NCBI GenBank assembly: GCA_964393185.1
Contig: CAYMSO010000007.1
Coordinates: forward strand, 930-64,929
Origin: an uncultured Candidatus Saccharibacteria bacterium
GTDB taxonomy: Bacteria; Patescibacteriota; Dojkabacteria; J137
Length of the DNA: 64,000 nt
Direction: 5' to 3'
Both the position numbers and the translations under genes were made by a program. Position 1 is the stretch's first letter. Each line of letters opens with the position of its first letter. The notes under the pieces are model-generated. The model did no database searches, was not told the origin of the DNA, and saw only the letters and a list, made by a program, of their open reading frames with translations. This document shows, piece after piece, positions 26,825 to 38,722 of this stretch.

Positions 26825-27376
26825 ATGAAAGCTAAAAATAAATACTATCTTATTAGACACGGTGAAACAAATTTTAATAAGTCAGGGAAACATCAAGGTT
26901 GGTCCAATGATTCTAAGCTTACAAAAACAGGTAAATTGCAAATTGAAAAGTTATGTAAATCTCTTCAGATTCTGAATATAGATATATTTTATTCAAGTTC
27001 TCTCCATCGAGCACAGGAAAGCACCAAAATCATACAAAAAATACTAGATATAACTTATGTAGCAGATGACAGGTTGAGGGATTTTAGAATATCAAAAGAA
27101 TTTGAAGGTAAACAATATAATGATCTAGTTAAGAAATACAGATTAGATCTTTATGAAGTAAAAATCAAGGAAGATTTAAATTATAGTTTTCCTGATGGTG
27201 ATTCTATTAATTCCTTCAATTATAGGATCATGTCATTTATAGATGAGATAGAAAACCTGTATAAATGCAAAAAAATTGCTATAATTACCCACAAACCAGT
27301 CATTAAGGAGATTTTAAACATATTTGATAGGAATGAATATTTTGAAGTTACCAATGCTAATATTATAAATATTTAA
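26825..27376 (+). CDS. histidine phosphatase (phosphoglycerate-mutase-like) family protein
   Basis: YYLIRHGETNFN (RHG catalytic motif), SSSLHRAQES, and a late ITHKPVI. Confidence 0.8.
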   Translation: MKAKNKYYLIRHGETNFNKSGKHQGWSNDSKLTKTGKLQIEKLCKSLQILNIDIFYSSSLHRAQESTKIIQKILDITYVADDRLRDFRISKEFEGKQYNDLVKKYRLDLYEVKIKEDLNYSFPDGDSINSFNYRIMSFIDEIENLYKCKKIAIITHKPVIKEILNIFDRNEYFEVTNANIINI

Positions 27377-27384
27377 AGTTCTAT

Positions 27385-29235
27385 ATGATAATAGAGATTA
27401 TTAAAAGTGACTTATTAATCAGCTTGAGTAAGGTTGCTAAGGGCATAGAAATTGCTGATATTATCCTGAACTCACCTCAACATAAAGCACATGGTGATTT
27501 CTCCACCCCCATAGCTTTAGAATTGGCGAAACAGCTAAAGAAATCACCTATTGAGATTGCTAATAACATAGTGGCTAATTTAAGTACTATCAAGTATGTA
27601 CTTAAAATTGAAGTAATTAAGCCAGGCTTTATTAATTTCTTTGTTGACTATGATCAATTAAGCAAAGATTTACTTACAAAAATTTCACTTAATGAACTTT
27701 CGGATCTATCTAAATATAAAGATATAAAAATTTTAATTGAGCATACATCTGTAAATCCGAACAAAGCTTTACATGTAGGTCACTTAAGGAATGCACTATT
27801 AGGAGATACAATTGCTAGATTAATGAAAAGATTAGGTTTCTCAGTTGAAGTTCAAAATTACATAGATGATACAGGTTCTCAAGTTGCAGATACTACACTA
27901 GGTTTTCTTTATATTGATAATAAAATTCCCGAAAATATGCTTTTTGATGATTTCTGCTGGGAGTTATATACAAAAGTTCATCGAATGTACAAAGAAGATG
28001 AAAGTTTATTAGAGAAAAGAAAAATTGTTACCAAAAAGATAGAAGAACGAGATAATGAAATTGCTGATCAAGCTGATATACTGGTAGAAAAGATAGTTCA
28101 ACACCATTTAGATTTATTGAGTGAATTTGGTATTTACTATGATTTATTAGTTTATGAGAGTGATGTACTAGCATCTGGACTGTGGGATAACGCATTTGGC
28201 TTACTTAAAAAATCATCGAACTTTGTATTCAAAGAAGAAGGAGACCATTCTGGATGTTGGGTCTTAGAGTATGCAGGGTCAGGTGGCGATAAGATTTTTG
28301 TAAGAAGTAACGGTACAAAAGTTTATACTGCAAAAGATACTGCATATCATATGTGGAAATTTGGACTCCTTAATACAGACTTTAATTATGAGAAGTGGAA
28401 AAAAGATATTAAAGGAAAGGAAGTATGGAGAACAAATACAAAAGGTAGTAAATTAAATAAATTTGGTAAAGGCGATAAAGTTATAAATATTATAGATGAA
28501 CGACAATCATATCCACAGGAAATGGTAAAACTAGCTTTTAAATCAGTGGGTTATGAAAAGTATGCTAAGGAACTAAATCATATTGGTTATGGTGTAGTTG
28601 AGCTTTCTCCTAAAACTGCAAAAGAATTAAATATAGATATCTCTGATGGACGTAAATCATATGCAATGAGTGGGAGAAATGGTATAGGGGTTAAAGTAAG
28701 AGATCTAATATCTTTTTTAATGGAGGTCATTCAAAAGCAGCAACCTGAAACGAAGAAATTAGATAAAGATACGGCTTACAAAATTACAATATCCAGCATT
28801 AGATACTATATGTTAAAGTTTAGACCAAAATCTAAAATCATTTTTGATTTTGAAGATGCACTAAATATTAATGGAAATACTGGACCATATTTACAATATT
28901 CCTATGCTAGAGCAAATAAATTACTTGTCAAAGCTGGAGAGTTTGTAGAAACCTATAGTAAATCAGATTACTCAGAATCAGAACAAAAATTATTAATGAT
29001 GATATATAAATGGACAATGGTGTTAGATGAAGCAAGAGAAAATTTATCGACTGCAGGAATTACAGATTATATATATGAACTAAGCGCATCTTTTCATAGT
29101 TTCTACCAGAACAATCAAATTATGAACAGTGAGACAGATGTTAAAAATTTTAGATTGACATTAGTTAAAGCATATATGAAGATAGCAGTAGATGTATTTG
29201 ATATTCTAGGAATTTTACCTATTGATAAGATGTAA
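27385..29235 (+). CDS. argS: arginine--tRNA ligase
   Basis: Add-1 N-terminal domain, class I HIGH motif (PNKALHVGHLRNALLGD), and a DALR anticodon-binding C-terminus. 616 aa. Confidence 0.9.
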   Translation: MIIEIIKSDLLISLSKVAKGIEIADIILNSPQHKAHGDFSTPIALELAKQLKKSPIEIANNIVANLSTIKYVLKIEVIKPGFINFFVDYDQLSKDLLTKISLNELSDLSKYKDIKILIEHTSVNPNKALHVGHLRNALLGDTIARLMKRLGFSVEVQNYIDDTGSQVADTTLGFLYIDNKIPENMLFDDFCWELYTKVHRMYKEDESLLEKRKIVTKKIEERDNEIADQADILVEKIVQHHLDLLSEFGIYYDLLVYESDVLASGLWDNAFGLLKKSSNFVFKEEGDHSGCWVLEYAGSGGDKIFVRSNGTKVYTAKDTAYHMWKFGLLNTDFNYEKWKKDIKGKEVWRTNTKGSKLNKFGKGDKVINIIDERQSYPQEMVKLAFKSVGYEKYAKELNHIGYGVVELSPKTAKELNIDISDGRKSYAMSGRNGIGVKVRDLISFLMEVIQKQQPETKKLDKDTAYKITISSIRYYMLKFRPKSKIIFDFEDALNINGNTGPYLQYSYARANKLLVKAGEFVETYSKSDYSESEQKLLMMIYKWTMVLDEARENLSTAGITDYIYELSASFHSFYQNNQIMNSETDVKNFRLTLVKAYMKIAVDVFDILGILPIDKM

Positions 29236-29240
29236 AGCAT

Positions 29241-29313
29241 GCATTCGTAGCTCAGTGGATAGAGCAACCGCCTTCTAAGCGGTAGGTCGGACGTTCGAAT
29301 CGTCCCGAGTGTA
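29241..29313 (+). tRNA. tRNA-Arg (anticodon TCT), second isodecoder
   Basis: Manual fold: gcattcg-ta-gctc-agtggat-agagc-a-accgc-CT[TCT]AA-gcggt-aggtc-ggacg-ttcgaat-cgtcc-cgagtgt-a. It sits 5 nt after the argS stop and 9 nt before the gmhA ATG. Confidence 0.9.
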
Positions 29314-29322
29314 TTTATAAAA

Positions 29323-29922
29323 ATGAATCAACATAAAACTTTCATAAAACATTACTTCAATTTAATACATGAGATTATAGATAAAATATCAGTAGATGAT
29401 ATCGATCATATAATCGATTTACTTGTAGATGCAAGACGTAAGGGCACTAATATTTACGTTATGGGATGCGGAGGATCAGCTAGTACAGCTTCACATTTTG
29501 TGGCAGATTTAAATAAAACTACTATTGTTAAAGATAAGAAAAGATTTAAAGCACATAGTTTAGTGGATAATACTCCTTTAATTTCTGCATGGACTAATGA
29601 TTCAAGTTGGGAAGATGTATTTAAGGAACAGTTAATAAATTTACTTATTCCTGGGGATATTCTGATAGGGATTAGCACCAGTGGAGGAAGTATTTTAAAG
29701 AGTAAATCTCTTAATATGGTACATGCTTTTAACTATGCGATTAAGAATGGAGCTATCGCCATCGGGCTAAGTGGTATGGATGGAGGTGAATTTAAAAAAG
29801 TATGTGATACTTGTCTAATTGTTCCAAGTGATAATGTTCCGTTCATCGAGGGCATTCATTCAGATATACTACATTTAATTATTTCTAGATTAATAGAAAT
29901 TATTAAAGAGGGTACTAACTAA
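29323..29922 (+). CDS. gmhA: SIS-domain phosphoheptose isomerase (GmhA-like)
   Basis: YVMGCGGSASTASHFVADL, GISTSGGS, and the C-terminal EGIHSDILHLI are typical of GmhA. Confidence 0.75.
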   Translation: MNQHKTFIKHYFNLIHEIIDKISVDDIDHIIDLLVDARRKGTNIYVMGCGGSASTASHFVADLNKTTIVKDKKRFKAHSLVDNTPLISAWTNDSSWEDVFKEQLINLLIPGDILIGISTSGGSILKSKSLNMVHAFNYAIKNGAIAIGLSGMDGGEFKKVCDTCLIVPSDNVPFIEGIHSDILHLIISRLIEIIKEGTN

Positions 29923-30183
29923 AGAGTAAGCTTTGCTTAAATATTTCTCTAACAATATTCCATTTTCTACCCACGAGATATTAAAATTTCGAAATAAAGT
30001 CTAAAATGCTAGTTATGATTTAAATGTAACTGAATGCTTGTCCTTTTAAACTGAAGTATGGGCAAAGTGGTAGTTTGGAGTCCTAGCACTCAATAAGTTT
30101 TAAAAGATATTTGAAATGCTGAGCAATTTCTGAGATGAGGTAACCTTTGCTGAGAATAATCACTATCCTTTACAGTTTTCATC

Positions 30184-31143
30184 ATGAATAAAGTCAGAGT
30201 CACAAATAATAGAATGTTTCGCAAGGTGAATAATGTTTCTATTGACTCAAACGCGATAGACGCTTTCACTGAAAGTTTATTAAGTACGAACCTTAGTATT
30301 TCTGAGTTAAACATATTTGAGAAAAAATGGAGCTTATCGGAAATGTTCAAACTAACATTGATTTTCAATGCAATGAACTTTTGCTATTGGTCAGAACAAG
30401 GCAAACCTAAATGGATAGTAAGTATTAAGGGCGAAAATCTAGATGGTTCAATAGCATTAGTGAAGTTAATAGAGAAAACTGCTACTGAAACCCCCCAATT
30501 TCTTGATTGGAACTACTTACAAAAACTAAGTCTTAACAGCTTTAGAAAAACGTTTGAAGGCTCTAATGTTGTAATTCCTTTAATCAAAGAGAGACATGAA
30601 AATCTAATTTCCCTGGCGACTGATATGTTAACTGAGTATGAAGGTAGTTCAGATAACTTATTAAAGGTTACCAGCTATTGTGCGGCAAGAATGTTGAAAA
30701 GATTATCTGCTTTGAAATCTTTTGAAGATAAATCAGTATTTGAAGGTGAGACAATCTATTACTGGAAGCGAGCGCAACTGCAAGTAAAAATGTTCAACGA
30801 CATTAGAGAATACTTTGAATATAAACCAATGCAAAATCTACATATCCTAACTGCCTTTGCTGATTATAAAGTTCCTCAATTATTGAGACATTTAGGTATC
30901 CTAAGTTATTCAAAGGAACTAAGTGAAACTGTAGATAATTATAATCTAATTCCAAAAGACTCTAAGCTGGAAAATGAAATTAGAATTGCAACAATTGTGG
31001 CGGTTGAAAGAATCTCATTAGTTGCAAGCAAAAAAGGGATTAGGATAGTACCTTCGCAAATCGACAGCATTCTTTGGAATAGAGCAGCGTCAAATAAAGA
31101 TGCGATGAAGCCATATCATAGAACCTATACAGCAGCATATTGA
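30184..31143 (+). CDS. queuosine salvage protein family (DUF2419 / QNG1-like)
   Basis: AMNFCYWSE and TAFADYKVPQLLRHLGILSY match motifs I recall from DUF2419/C9orf64 (LNFSFWS; FADYRVPQVL.HLG.L.Y). Confidence 0.65.
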   Translation: MNKVRVTNNRMFRKVNNVSIDSNAIDAFTESLLSTNLSISELNIFEKKWSLSEMFKLTLIFNAMNFCYWSEQGKPKWIVSIKGENLDGSIALVKLIEKTATETPQFLDWNYLQKLSLNSFRKTFEGSNVVIPLIKERHENLISLATDMLTEYEGSSDNLLKVTSYCAARMLKRLSALKSFEDKSVFEGETIYYWKRAQLQVKMFNDIREYFEYKPMQNLHILTAFADYKVPQLLRHLGILSYSKELSETVDNYNLIPKDSKLENEIRIATIVAVERISLVASKKGIRIVPSQIDSILWNRAASNKDAMKPYHRTYTAAY

Positions 31144-32033
31144 CTTTCATTGATATTTGTAATCCAGCGAATTATAATTTGCTTATGAAATTAGTTGAAC
31201 CAAAAGATATAAAAAGATACACGTTAGGCACTTGGCAGTTCGGAGGCGGCATGACTCGTAATCCTCAAAACGATGATGAAACGGATATTCAGGCAATTAA
31301 AATGCACATAGATAATGGCGTAAATCAGATTTTTGCTGCACAAAATTATGCAGAGGGTTGGGCTGAAAAGTTAGTTGGTCAAGCAGTAAAAGACTACGAT
31401 AGAAGTAAATTACTGCTAAGCACAGCTATAAGAAAAGAACATTCTGCTTATGACGATATGCTTCGCTCAATTGAAGAAAGTTTGAATAGAATGGGACTTG
31501 ATTATATCGATATTGTTGTACACCATGCACCAATACCAGAAGTTCCTATCTCTGAAAGTGTGAAAGCACTAAATGCAATTGTGGATAAAGGATTAGCAAG
31601 GGGTTTTGCTGTAAGAAACTACAATAGTAAATCAATGCAAGAAGCGTTAAATACAACTAATCACCCAATACTTTTCAATCAGGTCTATTACAACTTATTT
31701 GTTCGGGAAGTAGAAGAAGATGGTGTATTAAATTTGTGTCAGCAAAATAATGTGTTAATTCAAGCATTCCGACCATTGGAACTTGGCGAATTTGAAAAGC
31801 AAGAATCAGGATTATTGATTGAATTAGCAAATAAATATTCGTTAACCAATTCACAGTTGGCTTTGGCTTGGTTAACTTCACAAGAAGGTGTGGTCGTTGT
31901 GGCAACAACACATAAAAAAGAACATCTTTTACAAAATCTCGATGCGGTTAATATCCAACTCGAAACCAGCGATATTGAAAAACTAAGACAAGAATTTCCA
32001 AGAAAAACACTTGATAAGCAGTGGATTAGGTAA
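31140..32033 (+). CDS. aldo/keto reductase
   Basis: YTLGTWQFGG, YIDIVVHHAP, and AKR-like C-terminal motifs. The track start is TTG; the internal MKLVEPKD is more likely the true start. Confidence 0.8.
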   Translation: MTFIDICNPANYNLLMKLVEPKDIKRYTLGTWQFGGGMTRNPQNDDETDIQAIKMHIDNGVNQIFAAQNYAEGWAEKLVGQAVKDYDRSKLLLSTAIRKEHSAYDDMLRSIEESLNRMGLDYIDIVVHHAPIPEVPISESVKALNAIVDKGLARGFAVRNYNSKSMQEALNTTNHPILFNQVYYNLFVREVEEDGVLNLCQQNNVLIQAFRPLELGEFEKQESGLLIELANKYSLTNSQLALAWLTSQEGVVVVATTHKKEHLLQNLDAVNIQLETSDIEKLRQEFPRKTLDKQWIR

Positions 32034-32055
32034 AATATTTTTTACTAAAAGACCA

Positions 32056-32505
32056 ATGTTCAAACAGATAAATTTGCCACAACCAACTAAAAAGGACGAT
32101 GGATTTTTGATGTATCACCTAGATGAGGAAGCTTGTAAGTTACTCTTAGATGAAGGGGACAAGGCTTTGCAGTTCACGTTCCCCGAACCTAACAGTGGTT
32201 TTGCAGTAGCATTACTTACTGATAAAGGCACAGTAATTACAGGTGCTTCATACAAATCTGATACTCATAACACAACTATGCACAGTGAAGCAGTAGCATT
32301 AGCGAGAGCTGCTCAACATGGCGAAACGAGAATAGTGGCTATGACTGGTCCAAATTGTCATAATTGCAAACAGTTAGTTTGGGAAAGTAGTATCAGGTCT
32401 AAAATCGATACCATTATCATTATTCGAGAAGAAGGCAAGATAAAACAAATACCAATATCTGAGCTTATGCCCTACGCTTGGCCTGATAAGAACTTAAATA
32501 AATGA
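32056..32505 (+). CDS. cytidine/deoxycytidylate deaminase-fold protein
   Basis: Zinc motifs HSE(AVALARAA) and NCHNCKQ (H.E ... C..C). The start is taken at ATG 32056 rather than the track's TTG at 32011. Confidence 0.6.
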   Translation: MFKQINLPQPTKKDDGFLMYHLDEEACKLLLDEGDKALQFTFPEPNSGFAVALLTDKGTVITGASYKSDTHNTTMHSEAVALARAAQHGETRIVAMTGPNCHNCKQLVWESSIRSKIDTIIIIREEGKIKQIPISELMPYAWPDKNLNK

Positions 32506-33110
32506 ACATTGCCTATATGACTAAATTCATCCTATTTTCAGAACCACAAGAAGAAGTGCTTCAAAGGCTAAAATCAGAATTATTTGTTAAAGACGATATG
32601 AAGATTGCATTTATGCTAAGTGACGGTAGTCACCCAAATAATGCGAAGTACGAAAAAATTTGGCAGGACTATATCGAAAGTAATGGTGCAAAGGCTGTAA
32701 AGATAAACAATTCGCTTCGAGGTAATGATGCTGAAAATGAAGGGGAAAAGATAAAAAACTCTGATGCAATTATCCTCACGGGCGGCAATACTTTCAAATT
32801 TTTACATCACTTAAAAGAATCAGGATTAGATAAGGTAATTATCGAGTTTGCAAAGTCGAACAAGACAATTGTTGGTTTTAGTGCAGGTGCAATAATATTA
32901 TCTCCTACTATTGAAATAGCTGAACTTCCAACACTCGATGATAATCTGGTAGATATTACTGACTTAACTGGATTAGGGCTTATTGATTTTGATGTGTATC
33001 CGCATTACGAAGAATCTGAACACAATTCAATTGTAGATGAATACGAAAAAAGCACAGGCAGGCAAATTAGAAGGCTTAGCGATGACGATTTAATTGTATT
33101 TAATTCATAA
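32502..33110 (+). CDS. peptidase S51 (dipeptidase E-like) family protein
   Basis: AIILTGGNTFKFLHHLKESGL and the nucleophile box VGFSAGAII. ATGA overlap with the upstream gene. Confidence 0.7.
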   Translation: MNIAYMTKFILFSEPQEEVLQRLKSELFVKDDMKIAFMLSDGSHPNNAKYEKIWQDYIESNGAKAVKINNSLRGNDAENEGEKIKNSDAIILTGGNTFKFLHHLKESGLDKVIIEFAKSNKTIVGFSAGAIILSPTIEIAELPTLDDNLVDITDLTGLGLIDFDVYPHYEESEHNSIVDEYEKSTGRQIRRLSDDDLIVFNS

Positions 33111-33113
33111 TCT

Positions 33114-33614
33114 ATGAACACTGAACTTTTAAGAAATGGATTGAAATTAGCATTAAACGAAGCAGAAAAGGCTTTGGAAGCAGGTAATGTGCCTATTGGT
33201 TGTGTTATCACAGATATAAACGGGAATATCATTTCTAGTGGGCAGAATGAAACTAAGACCAGTTTTGACACAACTGCACATGCAGAAGTATTGGCTCTAA
33301 GAAAAGCAGGTAAGCAAGTTTTGGATAAATATAACCCAGAAAGTACATTTTTATTTACCTCACTTGAACCTTGTTTCGGATGTGGGTTTTTTCTTATAAG
33401 AAGTAATGTAAAAACTATTGCTTGGTGTTTGTCTGACAGTCATTTTGGTTCTGTTGATTCATACTTAAAAATTCCACAAATGAAAAGTATTTATGAAAAA
33501 CTCGAACTTATCTCTGAACCATTAGCAGATTTGAAGCAAAAATCTAGTCTGCTGATGATTGAATATTACAAACACAAAGGGGATGAAGAAATGGCAAGAA
33601 AGTTTACTGTTTAG
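33114..33614 (+). CDS. nucleoside/tRNA adenosine deaminase-like (CMP/dCMP deaminase zinc-binding) protein
   Basis: HAEVLALRKAG and SLEPCFGCG (HAE...PC..C). Confidence 0.75.
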   Translation: MNTELLRNGLKLALNEAEKALEAGNVPIGCVITDINGNIISSGQNETKTSFDTTAHAEVLALRKAGKQVLDKYNPESTFLFTSLEPCFGCGFFLIRSNVKTIAWCLSDSHFGSVDSYLKIPQMKSIYEKLELISEPLADLKQKSSLLMIEYYKHKGDEEMARKFTV

Positions 33615-33814
33615 TACCTACCCATTCAATGCAACCAAATTTCCTGCACTTAACAATGCATGAATGTTATTTATGTTAAATTTGAAGTCTATACTTACGT
33701 TTAAGAACGAGTCCGATAACTGACCCATTGCTTTAATCAATCATATAGAAAGTTTATGACTTTCAAGGTCAGGTTTGAAGTGTTAGCATGATAACCTACC
33801 TTTTAAGTGTAGCT

Positions 33815-33849
33815 GTTAGGGCTTAACGCAGTTGTCGTTAAGCCCTAAC
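33815..33849. terminator. 14-bp perfect hairpin between convergent genes
   Basis: gttagggcttaacg-cagttgt-cgttaagccctaac, followed by aaagctttt on the + strand. Confidence 0.65.
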
Positions 33850-33875
33850 AAAGCTTTTGGAGTTACTTAACTTCT

Positions 33876-34586
33876 TCAAACTATAACTTTAATACCCTCA
33901 TTTACAACTAAATTAGCGGAGAATTCACCTTGTGTAAAAACATTTAAGTCGATTGCAACTCCAGTCAACTCACCTACATAATAATTTCTTATTTCTTCTA
34001 CTTGTTTTTGTTGTTGATTCTCCTGGACTATAAACGCAATATCAATATCTGGGTAAAATGCCCTTGGAGTCAATTTCATCGATCCATCAGGTCTTCTTGT
34101 TTCAGGTATACCATGCTTTGAAGCAGGAGAAAATATAGCCCGTGCTTCTAAGCTTTGAATTAGATCTCTTAACTCTTGGGTTGAAGCTCTGCTTAAATCC
34201 ACACTTCCAATTGAGCCTTTAGCTATATCAAGTAGTTCTTTTAAGTCTTTTGCAGCTTTACTAAAGTAATGTATGACTCCTTGCGGCATAGAATCAGACG
34301 ATAAGTACATCGCATAATCTATTTGTTCAGAAAAATTGATTAGACTTGGAGGGACGTGCTGATATTTTATTAAAAATAAACTCGTGAGCGAATCTTGTGT
34401 ATAATAAAGCCTACTTTTCACTCTGCTTCCAAACATATAAATATCACAGCCTATTGTCTGTTGTTGAATTACAGTCATTACATCTGATTGCTCCTCAGGT
34501 GTTAAAAAAAAGTGTGGGTAAAATTGTTGCCCTAGTTCAATTGGATTTTTAGGGGCAAACTCCTCTATGGTCGCCATAATTTTCAA
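33876..34586 (-). CDS. hypothetical protein (possible nucleotidyltransferase fold)
   Basis: CDIYMFGSRVKS and PDIDIAFIV loosely resemble NTase G-S / D.D motifs. Weak. Confidence 0.3.
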   Translation of the reverse strand: MKIMATIEEFAPKNPIELGQQFYPHFFLTPEEQSDVMTVIQQQTIGCDIYMFGSRVKSRLYYTQDSLTSLFLIKYQHVPPSLINFSEQIDYAMYLSSDSMPQGVIHYFSKAAKDLKELLDIAKGSIGSVDLSRASTQELRDLIQSLEARAIFSPASKHGIPETRRPDGSMKLTPRAFYPDIDIAFIVQENQQQKQVEEIRNYYVGELTGVAIDLNVFTQGEFSANLVVNEGIKVIV

Positions 34587-35005
34587 TTTAAAATTTAATT
34601 AATAAGGAAAAGATAATGATTTTTGGGTATTAAATGTTAGTCTGCTTGTTCTAGCAGACATTATCATTTAAAGCATTGATGATACTACGAGCACTACAAT
34701 CTTGTGAAGGGGTGATTTGTTCAATTTTTATTGTAGTTTCTTCAATAATAGTCATGTAGAATAATAACATTAAAACAATCATACTGACAAATGATTGATG
34801 CTGTATGTGGTAGAAAGTGAAGGCGTTTTTTAATACTGATACTTAACTACTCAAACTTTTACTTTATGTAAACTTTTGCTATGCAGCTTCTGAAGCCGGG
34901 CTACAAGTTTTCAAAACGACTGGAATGGAAGAACTCAAAAAGTATTTACTTTCTCAAAATATAATCAAGTAATAATATATCGAAGATTTTATGCACCTCT
35001 AAGGT

Positions 35006-35977
35006 CTAGGGACCATACTTCTTCCTAATCTCGTTAACTACATTCACTACCTCATCTGGGTTTTCTACACGCATAATCATCTCTCTAGCATCGCTTGCAC
35101 CTTCGAATTCCGAAAGATAAATTTTAAAGAATCTTCTTAAAATCACAAATTTTTTTGTATTACCCCAGATTTCTATAAACAAATGAAAATGCCTCAACAA
35201 CAAATCACATTTTTCCGAAACACTCAAATCTTTGATTGATCTATTTGGATTAAAAACAAAGGGATCCTTAAAAACCCCACGACCAATCATTAATCCATCT
35301 ACGCCTGTTTGATTGTATTTTCTTTCAACATCTTCTAAATCTGCAACATCACCGTTACCTATAATAATTGTTTCTAGCTTCTTTTTATTTCTTATATCTA
35401 CAACTTTTTTAATTTCGTCCCAGTCGGCGGGGAACTTGGACATATCTTTAGCAAGTCTTCCATGCACTGTCAAAGCCTGAATATCTTGGTCAAGCAAAAA
35501 ACCACACCATTCTTCAGTTTTCTTTATTTTGTATCCTAAACGTGTTTTAACACTCAGCGGAATCTTGCCACCAATACCTTCCTGAGTAGCTTTTATAATT
35601 TCTGCAGCAAGATCTGGATAATCAATTAATCTTGAACATGCAATTTGTTTGGTTATTTTTTTGACTGGGCAACCCATGTTAATATCGATTCCATCAAATC
35701 CCATTTCTACTATCTGTTTTGCGGCTTTGTAAAAGTTATCAGGTTTGTTACCCCAGATTTGCGCAACAATTGGTGATTCTTCGCTTTTTTTTATTAATCT
35801 ATGTGCTACACGTTCTTTGCCTGCAGAAAGGAATCCGTCTGTACTCATAAATTCGGTAAAAAATACATCCGGGCGACCACATTCAGCCACAACTTGCCTA
35901 AAAACCACATCAGTCACATCTTCCATTGGAGCTAATACAGTAAAAGGTTTTTTTAGTTCTTTCCAAAAATTTTTCAC
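35006..35977 (-). CDS. dus: tRNA-dihydrouridine synthase
   Basis: LAPMEDVTDVVFRQ, GFDGIDINMGCPVKK, and a TIM-barrel Dus pattern. Confidence 0.85.
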   Translation of the reverse strand: MKNFWKELKKPFTVLAPMEDVTDVVFRQVVAECGRPDVFFTEFMSTDGFLSAGKERVAHRLIKKSEESPIVAQIWGNKPDNFYKAAKQIVEMGFDGIDINMGCPVKKITKQIACSRLIDYPDLAAEIIKATQEGIGGKIPLSVKTRLGYKIKKTEEWCGFLLDQDIQALTVHGRLAKDMSKFPADWDEIKKVVDIRNKKKLETIIIGNGDVADLEDVERKYNQTGVDGLMIGRGVFKDPFVFNPNRSIKDLSVSEKCDLLLRHFHLFIEIWGNTKKFVILRRFFKIYLSEFEGASDAREMIMRVENPDEVVNVVNEIRKKYGP

Positions 35978-36031
35978 AGAAGTATTATAGCGTAAGTACT
36001 TGTAAATTTGATAACAAAGCTCAGATGTATG

Positions 36032-36439
36032 CTAGACTTTACTTAAAGAATCCAGTTTGAATTTTTCGTAACGGAGGATTTTTTCTAGTGCTATAAGCTC
36101 GGCAGGAGGGATATCTGGTTCGGATAATTTTTGTTTTGCAAGATTTAGCGCGTTTTCCACTTCCTCTTTTATAATTGCAGAACTTTCTATTGCCTCGTCG
36201 GCTAAAATAAGTATATTGTTATTATTTACATTAATAACTCCCGAGCGTACAAAAATAGTGATAGCTTGCTGTTTTTGGTTTTCAAATTGGATAATTAATC
36301 TCCCAGGTTCTAAAGTCGAAATTAAATTTTGGTGTTCGGGCAATACTTGTATTTGCCCTGTAGTAGTTGTTAATGTGATTTTGACTGCACCTTCGGCATC
36401 AACTAACTTTTGTTTTTGAGTTAAGACTTGTATGTTCAC
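36032..36439 (-). CDS. atpC: F0F1 ATP synthase subunit epsilon
   Basis: 135 aa. TTTTGQIQVLPEHQNLISTLEPGRLII fits the epsilon beta-sandwich. Last gene of the atp operon. Confidence 0.8.
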   Translation of the reverse strand: MNIQVLTQKQKLVDAEGAVKITLTTTTGQIQVLPEHQNLISTLEPGRLIIQFENQKQQAITIFVRSGVINVNNNNILILADEAIESSAIIKEEVENALNLAKQKLSEPDIPPAELIALEKILRYEKFKLDSLSKV

Positions 36440-38706
<2,267 letters not shown>

Positions 38707-38722
38707 GTCAAATTTTTAAAAT

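Noticed and set aside
27385-29235. argS as a specialised paralog used by the surrounding sugar cluster (aminoacyl-tRNA-dependent chemistry).
   Set aside because: The protein has all the housekeeping ArgRS domains and motifs (Add-1, HIGH, DALR) and a cognate tRNA beside it. Nothing suggests a second, dedicated copy.
34651-34755. 34-aa minus-strand ORF (MTIIEETTIKIEQITPSQDCSARSIINALNDNVC) whose stop sits in a 6-bp hairpin, within the 420-bp non-coding gap 34587-35005. A ~40-codon ORF tail also lies on the plus strand at ~34,850-34,970.
   Set aside because: There is no obvious ribosome-binding site and no recognisable family. At this length in AT-rich DNA it is easily produced by chance. It would need conservation or Ribo-seq evidence.
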